Shown here in pieces: positions 39,927 to 53,522 of a stretch of DNA of 64,000 nt. The notes beneath the pieces were generated by a model. That model ran no database searches. It was not told the DNA's origin and worked only from the letters and a program-made list of their open reading frames with translations. The position numbers and the translations under genes are program-made. Positions within the stretch are counted from its first letter, which is position 1. Each line of letters begins with the position of its first letter. The stretch comes from a virus, in IMG/VR virus record IMGVR_UViG_3300021420_000016, positions 90,049-154,048 of that record. The stretch is one strand, 5' to 3'.

Positions 39927-40877
39927 GGAACCTTTTTACAGGGCCGGCCCGCGGGGCTTGCCGCCGGAGCGTTTCCTGACGGCGTCGGCGAGGGGCACGA
40001 AGAACCACGCGATGAGGGCGGCGGCGCAGAGGGGCCCCCATACGGGCCAGGCGCGGTAGCCGTCGCGGGCGAGGATGACGGCCCCGAGGATGAACAGCAG
40101 GCAGCCCATGCCGGCCCGGACCTGTACGTTCATCGTCCCGTTTCCTTTCGCCGGTCACACCGATCCAGCTTCGCCGGATTCCTCGGCGACGATCCGTTTC
40201 CACGCGCCAGAACTCCTGGGCGTCGTCGTATTCGGCCTGAAGCGCGGCCATCCTGGCCGGTGGATGTCCTGGATGCGTTCCGTTAGCTCGTCCATCGTTC
40301 AGCTCCTTCTGCGCACGGCCAAGTACGCCGCGATCGTGATGATGATGACGATGAGCGCGGGCCATACGGTCACGAAGACGATGACCCAAGGTTCGCGCGA
40401 CGCGCTCACCCCGTTCAGCCTGCGTCGCCTTCGGCGCTAGGGGCGCCCTTGCAGGTGACCAGTGCCGGGACGGTGGTGACCCGGTTGCGCCACGGATGCA
40501 CCTCCAGTACGAGCCGGCCGCAGCAGGGCATGAACCCGCCGGGGTCGCTCAGGTGTATGACCGCATCAGGGTCGGGGTGCTCGCGGGTGAACTCGGGCTC
40601 GTCCATCGCTCAGGTCACCTCGTTCCAGCCCCACGGGCAGTTGTCATTGACCGAGAACTCCACGATCTTCGTGATGGCGTCTTCACGTTCCCGTCCTTCG
40701 AGTCCTTCAAGGTCGGCGGCGTCGATCTCGATTACGTCGGTGTAGTGGTCGATCGTCCAGCTCGGCTCGATCGTGTACTCAACCTTGATCACCTTGTCAG
40801 GCATGGCTCAGCCTTTCCTGCTCGCGAACCATGGCGAGCTGGATAATCGCGGGGGGCTGACTGAAGGCGGTCATCGT

Positions 40878-41171
40878 TCAGCCCACCCCTGCATCGTCGT
40901 CGGTCGCTGGAATGTTCCGGTAGATCAGCATGGCTACCGCTGCTACGTCGAGCGCCTCATGCGCGAGCCGCGCTGCGACGCCAGGTTCACCCAGGCGCTT
41001 CTTGTTCGCGGCCCACTCGTCGTACAGTTCTTTGAGTTCGTCTTCCACGGCGGCGATGCCGAGGCGGAGCCCGTTGCGGTCGTAGGTGAAGTCCACCGGG
41101 AGCGGCGGCCCGGTCAGCCGCGCGTACTGGTCGGCCATGCGGTCGGCGAGACGATCCAGGGGAGTGCTCAT
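40878..41171 (-). CDS. MazG-like NTP pyrophosphohydrolase fold protein
   Basis: VEDELKELYDE...HEALDVAAVA. Confidence 0.5.
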   Translation of the reverse strand: MSTPLDRLADRMADQYARLTGPPLPVDFTYDRNGLRLGIAAVEDELKELYDEWAANKKRLGEPGVAARLAHEALDVAAVAMLIYRNIPATDDDAGVG

Positions 41172-44100
41172 CACCGGCCCGTTTCGCTGCGGATGAACCG
41201 GACGGCGCGTTCGAGGTGGTCGCGTTCCGGCCCGTAGCGGGTGCCCGCTTGCGCCGCGAGAGCACCGGCGATCTGCTCCCGTTCCCCGGCGGCGATGGCC
41301 GGCGCGGCGGCCTGCGTGATCGCGGTCAGGTCTGCGCGGCTGAGGTTGAGTCCTCGCGCAACCGCAACGCGCCACGCCGCATCCACGGCTTCGGGTGGCA
41401 CGGGGTCATGATCGGCCCTCATCGCCTGACTCCCCTCGCCGTCCGCCGGGCCTGTCGCAGGTGGTACCGAAGGTCTGACCGAGCGTGGCGCTGCTTCGTC
41501 CACATGCCGACCTGGTGGCCGTCAACGTAGACCCGGAAGACGGCCTTGTACTCGTCTCCGAACCAGCGGTAGCCGGGCTCGATCCCGGTACGGCTGCTGG
41601 GATCTTCCTCGGTCACCAGCAAGTCCGCAAGAGGGTTGCCTGTGAGGGGCGCTTCGCGGGCGATGATGAGCCCTTCGTGTTCGGTGAGCATCTGCCGCAC
41701 CATGTCCACGCTGCTGGGTGCGGGTGCCCGCACTTCGTAGGTGCCGTCCGCTCCGGGGACGGGCTCACCGTGGGGTGCAATGAAGAAGGCGCTCATCGCG
41801 TGGACCGTTTCGTCGGCGTGGCGGATCCGCCATGCTGGGTTGGCTGCATCGGCGGGGCCGGGGAGCACGTAGAACGCCATGCCTGCCATTTCGCTCATTG
41901 CTCAGCCTTCCTGCTCCGCGTCCGCTTGCATCTGGGCGAGCCGGGCTATCGCCCACGGTGCGCCTAGCTGGGCCCACTGCTCAAGGGTCAGGGGCTTGAT
42001 GGGATAGCGGGCGACGCTTGCACGTACCTTCATCGCTCAACCACCGTCCCGCTCGCAGTTACGGAACCCGGCTCGCCACTCGCTCTCCGCGACCCGGTGC
42101 CCGCACTTGCCCACGACGTACCCGGCCATGCCGCCGTTGAGTTCCAGCGGGATGGGGGCACCCGGCTGCGGGTACACGGGTCCGGGGTCGTCGGTGTCTT
42201 CGGCGACGGCTTGCAAGGCGAGCTTGATCAGGTCATCGGCAGTGGGCATCAACTGCGGGCTGCGGACGGTGGCGAGGCACATCTCCTCGATGCCGAACTC
42301 GGTCACCTGTAGCCCGTCGTGGAAGACGGCGAACTCGCCCCACTGGTCGGGGTAGTTGATGCCCAGGTGGTCTATTTCATACTTCTTCCCTGCCACGGTG
42401 TAGGTGGCGATGGTCTCGCTGGTGTCGGCGCTGGTCATTAGAACGCGCCCGCTCTGGCTGCGGCGGCTTCTGCCGCTTCGTCTCGTTCGCGGATACGCTC
42501 GTCGGCGAGCGCTGCGACCTGGCCGGCGCGGTGGAGTACCTCTATGAGTATGGGGATGTTCTCTTTGCGCACCTCCATGCCCCCGGGGCATTCGATGATG
42601 GCGTAGGTTTCGCCGCGGTCGTCATCCTCGCGGACCTTGATCTGCGCCTGTGGCGGGGGAGTGGTCCACGGGTCTCCGGGCACGGGGTCGAACTCGGCGC
42701 GCACGGTCACGGCCCGGCCGGCGTCGAGTTCCCAGGCGATGAGTTCGTCGGTGAGTGGCCGCAGCCCGTCGGTGATGGTGATCTCGTAGTCGCCCGTTGC
42801 GTTTCGTTCCATCGGTCAGCCGCCTTCCTGGTTGCGCCCCGTGCCGCGCACGACGGCGTCGATTTCCATGAGCATGTCGGCGCCGTCCCATTCGGGCCGG
42901 GCCAGCAGTTCCGCGATGTGGTCGAGGGCGTGCCGGTCGCTGACGGCGCCCTCGGTTCGGTGCACGCCCATGTGGTCAGCCAGTACCTCGTGACTGTGCG
43001 GCTCGTAGCCGTCGTGGGCGTGCATGGTTTCAGCATCCCCTGAGCCGGGAGTCGTACCAGGACTGCATCTCAGCCCACACGCCACCTTCCCGGCCTGCGG
43101 CGTATTGCTCGTACGCGTCGCCACCTGCCCGCCACGCCTGGTCGGCCCGGCAGTGCCCGCCCGGCACGAACTCGCAATTATTCGGCGAGACGGCGCCCGG
43201 TTGGCAGATGTGCTCGCTGGCAGGGCTGACCGGGTAGTGGATCTCGACCGGGCCGCCCATGGGGTGGGCGCCGCCGTAGATGTCGAACGTGACAGCACCT
43301 TCCGGGCCGGACAGAATGAACCGCTTGACCACGGAACTGCCCGGCTGGTGCACGTCCACGATGCGGCGGGTCAGGGTGTCAGTCATCGCTCGGTCCTCCG
43401 TTTGCGGTCAGGGCCGCGATCAGCAACGGGGAGACCGGCCGCGGTTGCGGCCACCCGGATTCGTTGCGCGGCTTCGGCGGCGTCGTTTCCACGGGGCGGC
43501 TCGCGTGCCGACCAGTGGGGTGCCCTCGCCATGCCCGGCGCTGCCCTCTGCGAATGGGCTTGCCGTTGGGGGGCATCATTGGCCGTCTGCCTCGTCTGAG
43601 AGCATCCGCTGGGCGAGCGCCCGGTGATGACCCATGGTGACCCAGCGGCCGGCCTCGTCCGAGTAGCTGAACACGGTGCCGAGCGCGACGAAGCGCGTGT
43701 AGTCGCCGCCGCGGGCCGCTTCAGTGGTATCGGCCTCGTACTCGGGGAGGCGGACGATCAGGTCGTCCCAGATGTTGTAGGCCGCTTCGCCTGCGGGGGT
43801 CATGTGTGCGGCTTCGTAGTCGTTGAGGTCGGCGAGGATCCCGGCGATGCGGAGGGTGCATCCGGTGCATTGCGCCGGGTTGTGGGGTGGGGTGGCGAAG
43901 GGGTGCGCGCCGGGTTCATCGAGGTGCCCGTTGGTGAACCGCTGCGCGACCATTTCTGCGACCTCAGCGAAGTCTGCTGCGGTCGGGTCGCCGTCAAAGG
44001 TGAGGTTCCATCCTGTGGCCATCGGCTTTGTCCCTTCGCCTAAGGTCTTACCATATCACGATGATATCAGATCATCGTGCGGGAATGAAGCACTTCACAT

Positions 44101-47100
44101 CGCAATGGCGGCCGACCTCGTACGGCGGGCCGTAGTCGGTGTCCGTGCTCATAGCGGCCTCCCGTCCTTGGCCGGGTCGTAGCGGTCCATGCCGGCGAAG
44201 GTCAAGCCGCCATTCTCGGGCTGCATGGCGTAGCCGATCCCGTACCACTCCTCGTAAGTCGCCCATTCTTCGTCGGTCGAGCCGGGCCGTTCGGCGACGC
44301 GGTACGCCGCAGCGCAGGCGTTCTCGACCTCGGCGAGCGTCAGCCCGGTCGCTTCGGCCCGGATGCGCTTGTGCAGTTCCACGATCTCGGTCTCAGTCAT
44401 GGCTAACCTGCTCTCCGGATTGCTTCGTCGGTGCGGTAGGGAATCACCAGATACCAGCCGCCCACCCGGGCGAGGGTGCGGTGATCCACACTCGTGCCGT
44501 GCACGTCGACCGGGATGGTCACCGGCTCGTGGCCGCGGTCCAGGCCATCCGCTATGGCCTTCGCCCCGGCCGGGCTGAAACTCCACTCGGCCGACAGGAA
44601 CTCTGCCAGAGCTTCCGGCGTGGGGAACGCGCGCACCCGTGCCCTGCACTCACAGGTCCCATCGGGGCCTATAGCGGGTGTGTCGTGGTTGCACCACTGG
44701 CCGGCGGTTCCCATGGCTAGTGGGCCTCGTAGACGGCGTGGCCCTGCACGGTGATCTGCATGGGTACCCGGCGCTCACCGTCCGGGTCCACCATGGGCGT
44801 GTCGCCGTTCACGTCGTCCAGGTCCACCGAGACGCGCATGACACCGTCCTCGCGGTACAGCCACACCGTCACGCCGGCCACCTGAATGCAGGGCAGCGCA
44901 CTGTCGCGGTCATCCACGGCTGCTGAGTCGCAGCCCCAGGAGATCGCGTCCGAATTGACTTCCCTGTCGGTCCTCATTGCGGTGTCCCTTCGCCTTTGCG
45001 TGTTGGCTTCGCCTGGTCGTTAACGAGTCGTAGTTGGCACGCGGGGGTCTTCATGGCAATCGGCGCAGACGCGCTGGTCGGTGTCTGCGGTCAGTACGGC
45101 TACTAGCCGCACATTGCGCGCTTGGCAAAACTCACACTGTCCCACCGGAATCTCGTCGCGACCCTGCCCGGCAAGGGCTTCGGCGATGGCCTCGCGGATG
45201 CTCTCATCGAGAGCCATTACGTCCACATGGCCAGTGGCCCGGTACTTAAGCGCTGCCGCGTCGCTGAGTGGCAGTACCGCCGCGAGGGCAGCGGCGGCGC
45301 GTGCGGCACCACAGGGCCACTGGGGAACCGAGTCGGCGCAGCGGGAAACGCATATGCCAGGCTCGGGAAAGTTCGCGCTTACGTGTTGGCGGTGGGCCTG
45401 CTGGATCTTGCCCAGGATCACGCCCAGTTCGAGCATGTGTAGTACGGTCACGGCTCAAGTCCTTCCGTCGTTGCCGGTGGTGGTGGCGGGTGCCCGGTGC
45501 TCAATCGCGGCCCGGACGTGAGCGCCAACGTTGTAGTGGTTCGCCCAGTCGATCAGGGTTGCCCATTCGCCCTCGCTGAGCGGGCGCGGGTTCGGGCTGC
45601 CGCAGTAGATGCAGACCGGGGCGCGTATCCCAATGGTTCTCGGGACGATCCGCCAGTGCCGCATACGGCCAGGGCAGCGATCTTGGCCGCTCATCTCGCT
45701 CGCCGCCCCGTCGTTGCCGACCACCCTGGCTCTGTGCGCCTGAACATTTCACGGGTCAGGGCGTCGGCCATGGCTTGCAGGTCCGCGAGCACGTCCTCGT
45801 TGTGCAGTTCGTAGGCCAGGGCGGTCTGCTGCCGGCATAGATCCTGACGGCGGCGGATCTCGGCCGTGTTGAGCGTGGGGAACAGTTCGTCGGCCTCACG
45901 GTCGGTTTCTGCCGTCCAGCGCCTCATCTCAGTCCCCGTTCGCCAGCAGTTCGCTGGCATGCCCGTAGCTCATCGCTCAGCCGCCCATCCGTGCGCACAT
46001 CAGATTCCAGATGCGCTCGGCGAGCTGCTTCTGCCTGTGCGACAGGTTGTCCGTGGTATCCGCAGAGGCCCACAAGTCGCCTGCGGTGATGAGCAGGGCC
46101 TCGATCTCGTCGGCGGTGAACTGGCTCGCCAGTGGGCCGAGAACGGCCGGCAGGGGGTCGTAGTCCCCGTGAATCCGCACCCCAGGCGCGGGCAGGGTGT
46201 CCGGCTTGGTGCCGTCTTCGGCCACGAAGGCACTCGCGTAGGCGACCGGGCCGACGCCGGGCTCGGTGATGGTGTCGAACCCGTGGTCGATCAGTGAGCC
46301 CGACAGCGTACCGATGGCTGCCTCCTCGTCTGCCGCTTCCAGGCAGGCCACGACCATGACCGCCGTGTTGTAGACGTCCATTACCTCCGCGCCCCTCTCA
46401 TGTGCTTGTCGTAGTGGTCAAACCACGGGCCGCCCAGCTCCCGGTCGGCGTCGGCCGCCGGGGTACCTTTCCGCGCCCATTCCTTGACGTCGCTGCGGGT
46501 AACGACGGGGTCGCCACTGCTATCACACTCGCCGGTGTACTCGCCCAGTGCCGGGGTGAAGGCGATCAGTTCCCCCAGGCCTTCACTGTCGGGGTCGGAC
46601 CAGGCCATGAACGACACGCCGGGTGCGGCCTCGCGCAACTCCGCAACCACGTCCTCAAGGGCCCGGTATGGCGCTTCGCTGAGCGTGTACGGCTCGTCCA
46701 TCTCCAGCTCGGGCCCCGGCTCGGCCACGTTCGACCAGTTGATTCCGAAGCCCCTGCCGGATTCGGCGAAGTACGCCCCCGCGGCATCGCACTGGTCCTC
46801 GGGGCAGTCGTACACGTACACCCGCAGGTCTGATCTCAGATCGCTCATGACTTGACCGTCTCTTTGACCTTGAGTTGCTTCAAGTTCCAGCGCATGCCGT
46901 CTTGGCCGCGCAACTCTGCCAGCGCACCCCTCAGCCGGGCTTCGGCGCTTGCGACCCGGATCATCGCGACGTCTAGGTGCTCGTTGCGTGCCGGGGCATC
47001 GTTCAGGGCGGAGCCGAGGGCGGTAAGGGCGCTCGTCAGCATCGCGCTGGCCTCGTCGGCGAGATGCTGCGCGCGGGTCATTGCGTTCTCGATTTCCGCT

Positions 47101-47130
47101 GGCCGTACGGTCATTGTCGTTCCCTTCGCC

Positions 47131-48354
47131 TTAGATAAGTCCCATGCGTTCCATGTCGTGCTGCATGGCTACCATCGGGTCCTCCCCGCCCGCGGCGGGT
47201 GCGTCGACCCAGGTTGCCTGCATGGCGGCGAGGGCGTCCCGGCCGCGCTTGGACCATTCCGGCCCGGCGGCGTCCGCCATGGTGGCCAGGGGCCAGCAGA
47301 TCTGCCGGTAGCGGCGGTGCGTCCCCTCGACGGCCGGGGGGATGTACTTGCGGAGCCATTCCCGGTTCCGGTCGCACCAGCCTGCGCCGGCGATCCTGAT
47401 GGCGGTCACCACCGTCGCTGCGTAGTCCGCCTCAGCGTCCAGGCTGGCCGGTTCGGCGTCGTCGGGGGCGGGGACCATGCGGATGCGGAACCCACGAGAG
47501 AGGATCGCAAGGATGTTCTCGCTGGCGGTCTTCTCCACCACGTCCAGGCCGGCGAGCGCGATCGGGGCGAACAGCGGCACCCGCTCGGTTTTCTTGTTCC
47601 GCTCCCGCAGCTTCGTCCCCGGCACCCCGATCCGCGGGTCCGGGTTCGTGTAGCCGTTCAGCAGGATCTGCTGTACCCCCTGCGAGCGTTTGTCGGTGGA
47701 CAGCAGAATGCCCAGCTCGTCAATCAGCAGCGTGGGGATCTCGGTCTGGAGCGACAGCAGCAGCCCGTACTCGGTCGGCTGCGTTTCCAGGCCGGCGACC
47801 CGCGGGCAGGTGCAGGACAGCAGCCGCATCAGCGTCGACTTGCCCGAGTTGCGCTTGCTGGACAGGGCGAACAGCCGCGGGGACATGGGGAAGATCACCC
47901 CGGCGCCATCTTCGGGTGCCTCCCGGGCGTAGGTGTGCGCCGTCCACAGCACTGCGGTGATCAGTGCCGACTGCGACGGCCACCACAGGTACCGGGAGTA
48001 GAACGCGGCGAGGTAATCCAGCCAGTATTTCGCGGTGACCTCGATGACCTGGCCGCCTTCGCTGCGGTACAGGAACGGCACCGGGGGCGGCAGCTCCACC
48101 CGGCCGTACGACGGGGGCGGGGGCAGCACGGGCAGGGGGGCGAATTTCGCGGCCTCCACCTGGGCCGGCTCGACGGTGGCGACCGTCCCCGCCGCACCCG
48201 GCCGGACTGGGCCAGCAAGAGCAGGCGGCACGGCAGGCGTGGGCGCTAGCCCGTCCCTGACCGCTGCGGCTTCCGCGTCTGCCCTAAGGGCCGCGTTCTG
48301 CTCCCGCAGGCTCCCAGGCACCTCCTGGGGCGGCGTGAGGGTGGTTCCGGTCAT
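47131..48354 (-). CDS. P-loop ATPase resembling DUF3631-associated AICE/plasmid Rep proteins
   Basis: LWTAHT..SPRL..S..RNSGKSTL, PTLLIDE, LLNGY, FAPIALAGL, SR...IRM, W.PL...AD.AG..W. Confidence 0.7.
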   Translation of the reverse strand: MTGTTLTPPQEVPGSLREQNAALRADAEAAAVRDGLAPTPAVPPALAGPVRPGAAGTVATVEPAQVEAAKFAPLPVLPPPPSYGRVELPPPVPFLYRSEGGQVIEVTAKYWLDYLAAFYSRYLWWPSQSALITAVLWTAHTYAREAPEDGAGVIFPMSPRLFALSSKRNSGKSTLMRLLSCTCPRVAGLETQPTEYGLLLSLQTEIPTLLIDELGILLSTDKRSQGVQQILLNGYTNPDPRIGVPGTKLRERNKKTERVPLFAPIALAGLDVVEKTASENILAILSRGFRIRMVPAPDDAEPASLDAEADYAATVVTAIRIAGAGWCDRNREWLRKYIPPAVEGTHRRYRQICWPLATMADAAGPEWSKRGRDALAAMQATWVDAPAAGGEDPMVAMQHDMERMGLI

Positions 48355-51300
48355 GACCGCTCACCTGCCCCCAGCGGGCCGCACGGAGGCGGCGTAGGCG
48401 TCCAGGTTGCCGAGCACCTCATTGGCGGTCTCTACCGCTTCCCGCAGGACTGCGAGCGCGCCAGCGGCGCCTTTGCTGCCGTCCCCCAGGTACCGGGTCT
48501 CGCTGAACCCGCCCGAGAGCTGGAGCCGCCACGGCCCGTCCAGGGTGACCATCCAGGCGTAGCCGGGGTCCTCGGTGCGGTAGTAGTCGAAGTCGATGAC
48601 TCCCGGCCCGGTGAGCAGCCCGGCTTCCCAGGCGCAGGTTACGACGCTGGACGTGTCGTAGCCTTCGTCGTTGTAGTCGCGCGGGTCGTATTCGCTGCCG
48701 ATCTCAAGCTCCGCCGGCTTGCTGCCGCGGTTCGCTTCCCAGCGCTCAAACTGCGCGACCTGCGCGGCCAGGTACCCGGCCGCTTTGGCTTCGTCCAGTT
48801 GAAATCTCGCGTTCATGCCCTCGCGTCCCTTCGCCTGGTCATATCACGATGATATCATGGATAGGGTCAGGATGGCGAGTCCTTTGCCACGGGCTGCCAG
48901 ACCGGCTCGCCGCACTGGCAGTCATGCGCCGGATCGCGCGGCCCTCCCGATGGCCAGATGATGTCTTCGTCGGGGATGCCGGCGCGCCACGCATCCCAGC
49001 TCGGCCCGTCGTGCACGTGATGCTGCCCGGTCATGCCCATGAGGATGTTGGTGACGTGGATGAGCCCGTCTGAGTTGTAGGCGGCGCAGAACTTCATGCG
49101 CGCCATGCCGCCCATCGGGTCGTAGCGCGGTTCGATGTCGCGCGGGCGCCAGGCGAGCATGACCTTCCGCGCGTCCGCCCAGTGCGGGTCTTGGTGCAGG
49201 TGGCCGTCTTCGCCGGTGTCCCGGCCGCTGGGCCGGGTGAAGTCACATCCGGTGGCCAGCAGTTCTGCGCGGAACTCGCGGGCCTCGGCCTTGAGGCGCA
49301 AGGTGACGGCGCAGTGAAGCCCGCTGCGCTCGTGCATGACACGCCAGCCGGCGCCGGGGGAGCGTTCCACGCTCAGCCCGCGGTCGACGTCGGTGCCGGT
49401 CATGACTCGCTCCCGGGGTATGTGATGGGCGGGAATCCCCAGAACGCGCGGTGTTCGGTCATGGCCTCAAAGGGCACATTCCGGGTCCACCGGACGCGGC
49501 GGTTGTCACCTTGACCGGCGGGGAACTTGTGCAGCTCGTACCGCGTCGGCCCGTTGAAGTCACCCGGCGCGTACCCGTCGCCGCCCTGGCCGATGGCCTC
49601 AAAGTCGAGCACGGGCCAGGCCACCTCATTGCCCACGCGGCTGACGACTAGCCCGGTGTCCTGGTCGACGCCGTAGCGGATGCTCCGGTTCCGGCTCATC
49701 GCGCGCCCGCTTCGCGGATCTCAGCGGCAACGGGGAAGACGTTGCCCTCAAGCGGGGCACGGTCACCCCCGCCGGCCGGATTGATCACGTACCGGACGAA
49801 GTGATCGGTGAAGACCGCGGAGCCAAGCCCGTTGTCGGTGACGATCCGGTACAGCCATTCCGTTGTGGTCATGTGCCGGTCGCCATGCTTGGTGAACTCG
49901 ACCCGGTCGAGGTAGATCACCGCGAGCGGCGTGTCGTACAACTCCAGCACGGCGGAGCCGGGGAAGTGGTGAATGGTGACGGTGGTGCCGATCCGCCTGC
50001 GGCTTTTCAGCCCGTCGTAGGTGAGCGGCGGGGTGTCCGCTGGAAAGCGGAAGATGTAGTCAGGCATGGTCGTGCCCCCCAGCCGGCGCTTCCTGCGCGC
50101 TCTCTGTCACGGCGTCCGCGATCCGCTGCCCGACCATCGCCATGTCGTCCTCGATGTCGCCGGTCGCTTCCCAGTTCTGCGCCGCCTCGGCCGCGTCGTA
50201 GGCGGCTGACAGCCGCCGGTACTCGTCCAGGTCGGCCCCGTCGACGGTGACGGTGAGGGTTACCGGCCTCGCATGTGGTGCGTTCATGGTCGCGATCCCT
50301 TCGCCTTATATCGTGATGATATCATGGATCGGGCGAGCCGTCTACAGTGGCCGTTCCGCGAGAGCCGCCCGGGACACGTCACTCAGGGACGCCGAGACGA
50401 CTAGATACGACTCGATGTCCCGCCGCGCCGCCCACACCTGATTTTGCGTCTCCACCAGCCCCCGGAACGTCACGGCGGCCTCGTCGTCGCCACGGCCCGT
50501 GTTCCCCATGGCTTCCCCGAGCCGCACCAGCTCGGCGCCGAGAGCATGACGGGCGGCGTTGATCTCGGCCGCGGACCATTCGAGCTTGAGCGTCGCGTCC
50601 TCGCCCGGCTCCCCGTCCTCACCCAGCCACGCGAAGTCGTCGGCCAGTTCGTCTAGATCAGCGCGCCGTAGCGCGGCACCCGCGGCCTTGGCGCGCTCGT
50701 GCGTCCAGTCGAGCTTGAGCGTGTACGGCATGACTCAGCCCTGCCCGGTCGGTACGTCAAGGCTCGTGAGGACCACCACGTATTCGTCGCCGTCGTCCAG
50801 TACGGCCCGGTCCTCTTTCCAGGGGAGATCACCGAACGGGGCGCACGCTTCGTCATACCGGCGCGATACGGCGTTGTCTTCGTCGTAGTGGTCCTGACAG
50901 GCTGCCCGCGCCTTGCCTTCGGTGCTGAATGCGCCGATGAAGTCGGACGCATGGCCGACCCTGTCGAGTAGTGCAGTGTAGATGTCCATGTCGCACTTGT
51001 GCCCTCTCGTCTTTAGTCCCGGTTCCCGGCCGCTGGCTGCCTCAGCGCGCGGGCAAGCCGGTCCTCAATGCCTGCCGTCAGTTCTCCCGGTGTGATGCCG
51101 AGCACGTCACGGATGCGGTCGGCGGCCACGTCCGGGCTGTAACCGAACAGGACGCGGTTTAGCATGATGGCCAGGTCGTGAATCAGTGCCCCGGTGGGGA
51201 TCTCGCCGCTAATCACGGGCCCCCCGCTCACATACACCGTGCAGCGGCACAGGTCCGGCCGCACCCGGCCACCCGGCCCGATGTGATCGCCCGGCCCGTG

Positions 51301-52129
51301 GTGCTGCTCGTAGGTGTGATCTCCGGAGTCGTGCAAAGGGTGCTCCGGGCATCCCTGCTCCCGGCACGCCCGATCCGGGCACCGCGTGCGAGGGTCCAGG
51401 TCGATGCACGTCTCGCGCCCCGCCTCGTCGCGCACCACCAGGACGGGCGGGGAGATGGCAGGGTCGCGCATGATTCCGTAGCCCGCGCGGGCTGCCTCGT
51501 CGGGCGTGTCGACGTCGTCTAGTTCGACCGCCAGTGTCACCATGTAATGCATCGCTTACCTCTAGTTAGTACCGTGGCGGGTTCGTCACTTGGTACCAGT
51601 TCCCGCAGTCGTCTTCGGTGTAAGTGCCGTCACCGCCGAGGGGCAGCCGGTCATGACTCCCGGCGCCCGGGAGGCGAAGCGGCTCGCCCGTGAGTGCGGC
51701 AAGTTCGCGCGCCTCGGCGGGGCCGTAGTCGTTGCCTTCGTCGCGCTGGGTGCACAGATCCTCAATGCGCGCCTCATCGCGCCAGCGTGCCCACTGCCGG
51801 GCCTCTCCGGGCGACACAACCGCGCCGGGGTCACCTGCGGCCCACTTCGCCGCGCGGTCGTACGCCTCGTGGTAGGCGCTCAGCCAGCGCCACCGATGCG
51901 GCGCGTTCTGCATCGTGGCCGGCCCGGGATGACCGAGCGCGGACGCTAGCGCCGCTTCGCCGGCCGCGTCCCGCGTGAACGCCGGAACGCCGGTCACGGC
52001 ATGCCGGCGCGCGAGGATGCGCGCCTGGCCCTCTGTCGTCGTCGCCATTTGCCTTGTCCCTTCGCCCTTGGTCTGATCGTTCGCTCATCCCGCCCCGGTC
52101 CCGAGTGGTACCGGGGCGGTAGCCAGCGG

Positions 52130-52507
52130 TCAGGCGCGCACCCAGTAGGCCACGCCATCGAACGTGACTTCGGTGTAATCCATCTTGAGATCGTCAGCGG
52201 CGGCGGCCCAGTCGATGCGGTTGGCTGGCCAGTCGGCGTCTCTCTGGATTGCGCCGATGTCCTCAGCGAACTCGCGGGCGTAGTCCTCGAAATATGAATC
52301 GCGGATCAGCCCGGCGCCGCCCCGCCAGTCGCCGGCGTGCATCTCACCTTCGGCGGCCAGGGCTCGGAGCGCGGCCAGTTCGGCGGTCTCGTCCTCGTCC
52401 AGCACGTACACGCCGTCACTGTCCGCGAGGTTTTCCAGTTCGGTGATCCGTTCGATAACCTCGCGGCTGTCGATAACGTCGCGGTCGCTGGTGATCGCGT
52501 CAGGCAT
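52130..52507 (-). CDS. ArdA-like antirestriction / DNA mimic protein
   Basis: Highly acidic; FEDYAREFAEDIG..WPANRIDWAAAADDLKMDY resembles the ArdA C-terminal domain. Confidence 0.6.
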   Translation of the reverse strand: MPDAITSDRDVIDSREVIERITELENLADSDGVYVLDEDETAELAALRALAAEGEMHAGDWRGGAGLIRDSYFEDYAREFAEDIGAIQRDADWPANRIDWAAAADDLKMDYTEVTFDGVAYWVRA

Positions 52508-52511
52508 TGAC

Positions 52512-53522
52512 TTACGCCTCCCCGCGCAGGTAGGCGCCGTAACGGTCCCCGAGGAACGCGCGAAGCTCGGCGGTCTGGCCCCCGGTCAGGTCATACATGC
52601 GACGCGCCTCGCGGGTGGTCTCCAGCCCGTATTCGCCGGCCCAGTCGGCAAAGTCGCGGGCGTTGTCGTAGCCGGCGGCGTCGTCGGCCAGGCAGCGGAG
52701 CACGTCACGCGCCGTGGGCGGGGTAGGCAACCGCGCCCCGCGGATGATCTCGGTATGCCCGGAGCCCATGAAAAACGGCACGGTCATCGACGCGCCGGCC
52801 GCGTTCGTCAGCGTGACATCCCACCATTGGCCGTGGCTTCCGCGGTCGCCAGTGGCCCACGCGGGCGGGGACTCGCGCGTCGTGGCTACCGCGGTGATCC
52901 CATCGCCGCTGATCGTCGCGCCCGGATCGAACGCCCGTGCACCGCGGAACAGGTCACGGACCCGCTTGAGCGTCCCGGCCGGCAGGTCCCGCAGCAGCCA
53001 CGCCGACCCGTACCGGTAGCCACCCGGCCGGGCCGGGCTCTCGTCCGTCTCGGGCTCGCCCGGATGCAGGCGCATAGCGGCAGGGGTCCGGCACGGCGGG
53101 GTCAGGTCGAGGCTCACCCGCTGGCCGCCGTACCCGTCATCTTCCATGACCGGCGCTTGGTGGTCGCATCCGGCGTTCATGTCATTGAGGTGCAGCGGCG
53201 CCAGACCGGCCAGCGCGGCCACCTTGGCCGCATCCCAGCCCGGCGCGAACTCGGTAAGCGCGGCGAGGATCTCCGCAGCGTCACCTGATGCGATCATGTC
53301 GGCGCCGTTCGGCTGCCACACCGCGGCAGTCATGGCGAAGTCGACCGGCTTGCTCACCTGCCGGTGGTCGGTCGTCTCGTAGGTGCGCCTGTCGAGGCGT
53401 TCCATGCGGACATCGACGGTCACCGGGCACCGTCCGCGGTAGCCGTAGCCCTCGCCGTCGACGTAGCCGACGTGCACGTTTTCGGCATCGAACACTGTTT
53501 CGCCGTTCAGTCCTCGCGCCAT
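52512..53522 (-). CDS. Two-domain hypothetical phage protein
   Basis: LHLNDMNAGC.HQ and GYRYGSAWL domain, then FFMGSG..PTARDVL.CL..DA..F.DW..EYG domain. Confidence 0.65.
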   Translation of the reverse strand: MARGLNGETVFDAENVHVGYVDGEGYGYRGRCPVTVDVRMERLDRRTYETTDHRQVSKPVDFAMTAAVWQPNGADMIASGDAAEILAALTEFAPGWDAAKVAALAGLAPLHLNDMNAGCDHQAPVMEDDGYGGQRVSLDLTPPCRTPAAMRLHPGEPETDESPARPGGYRYGSAWLLRDLPAGTLKRVRDLFRGARAFDPGATISGDGITAVATTRESPPAWATGDRGSHGQWWDVTLTNAAGASMTVPFFMGSGHTEIIRGARLPTPPTARDVLRCLADDAAGYDNARDFADWAGEYGLETTREARRMYDLTGGQTAELRAFLGDRYGAYLRGEA

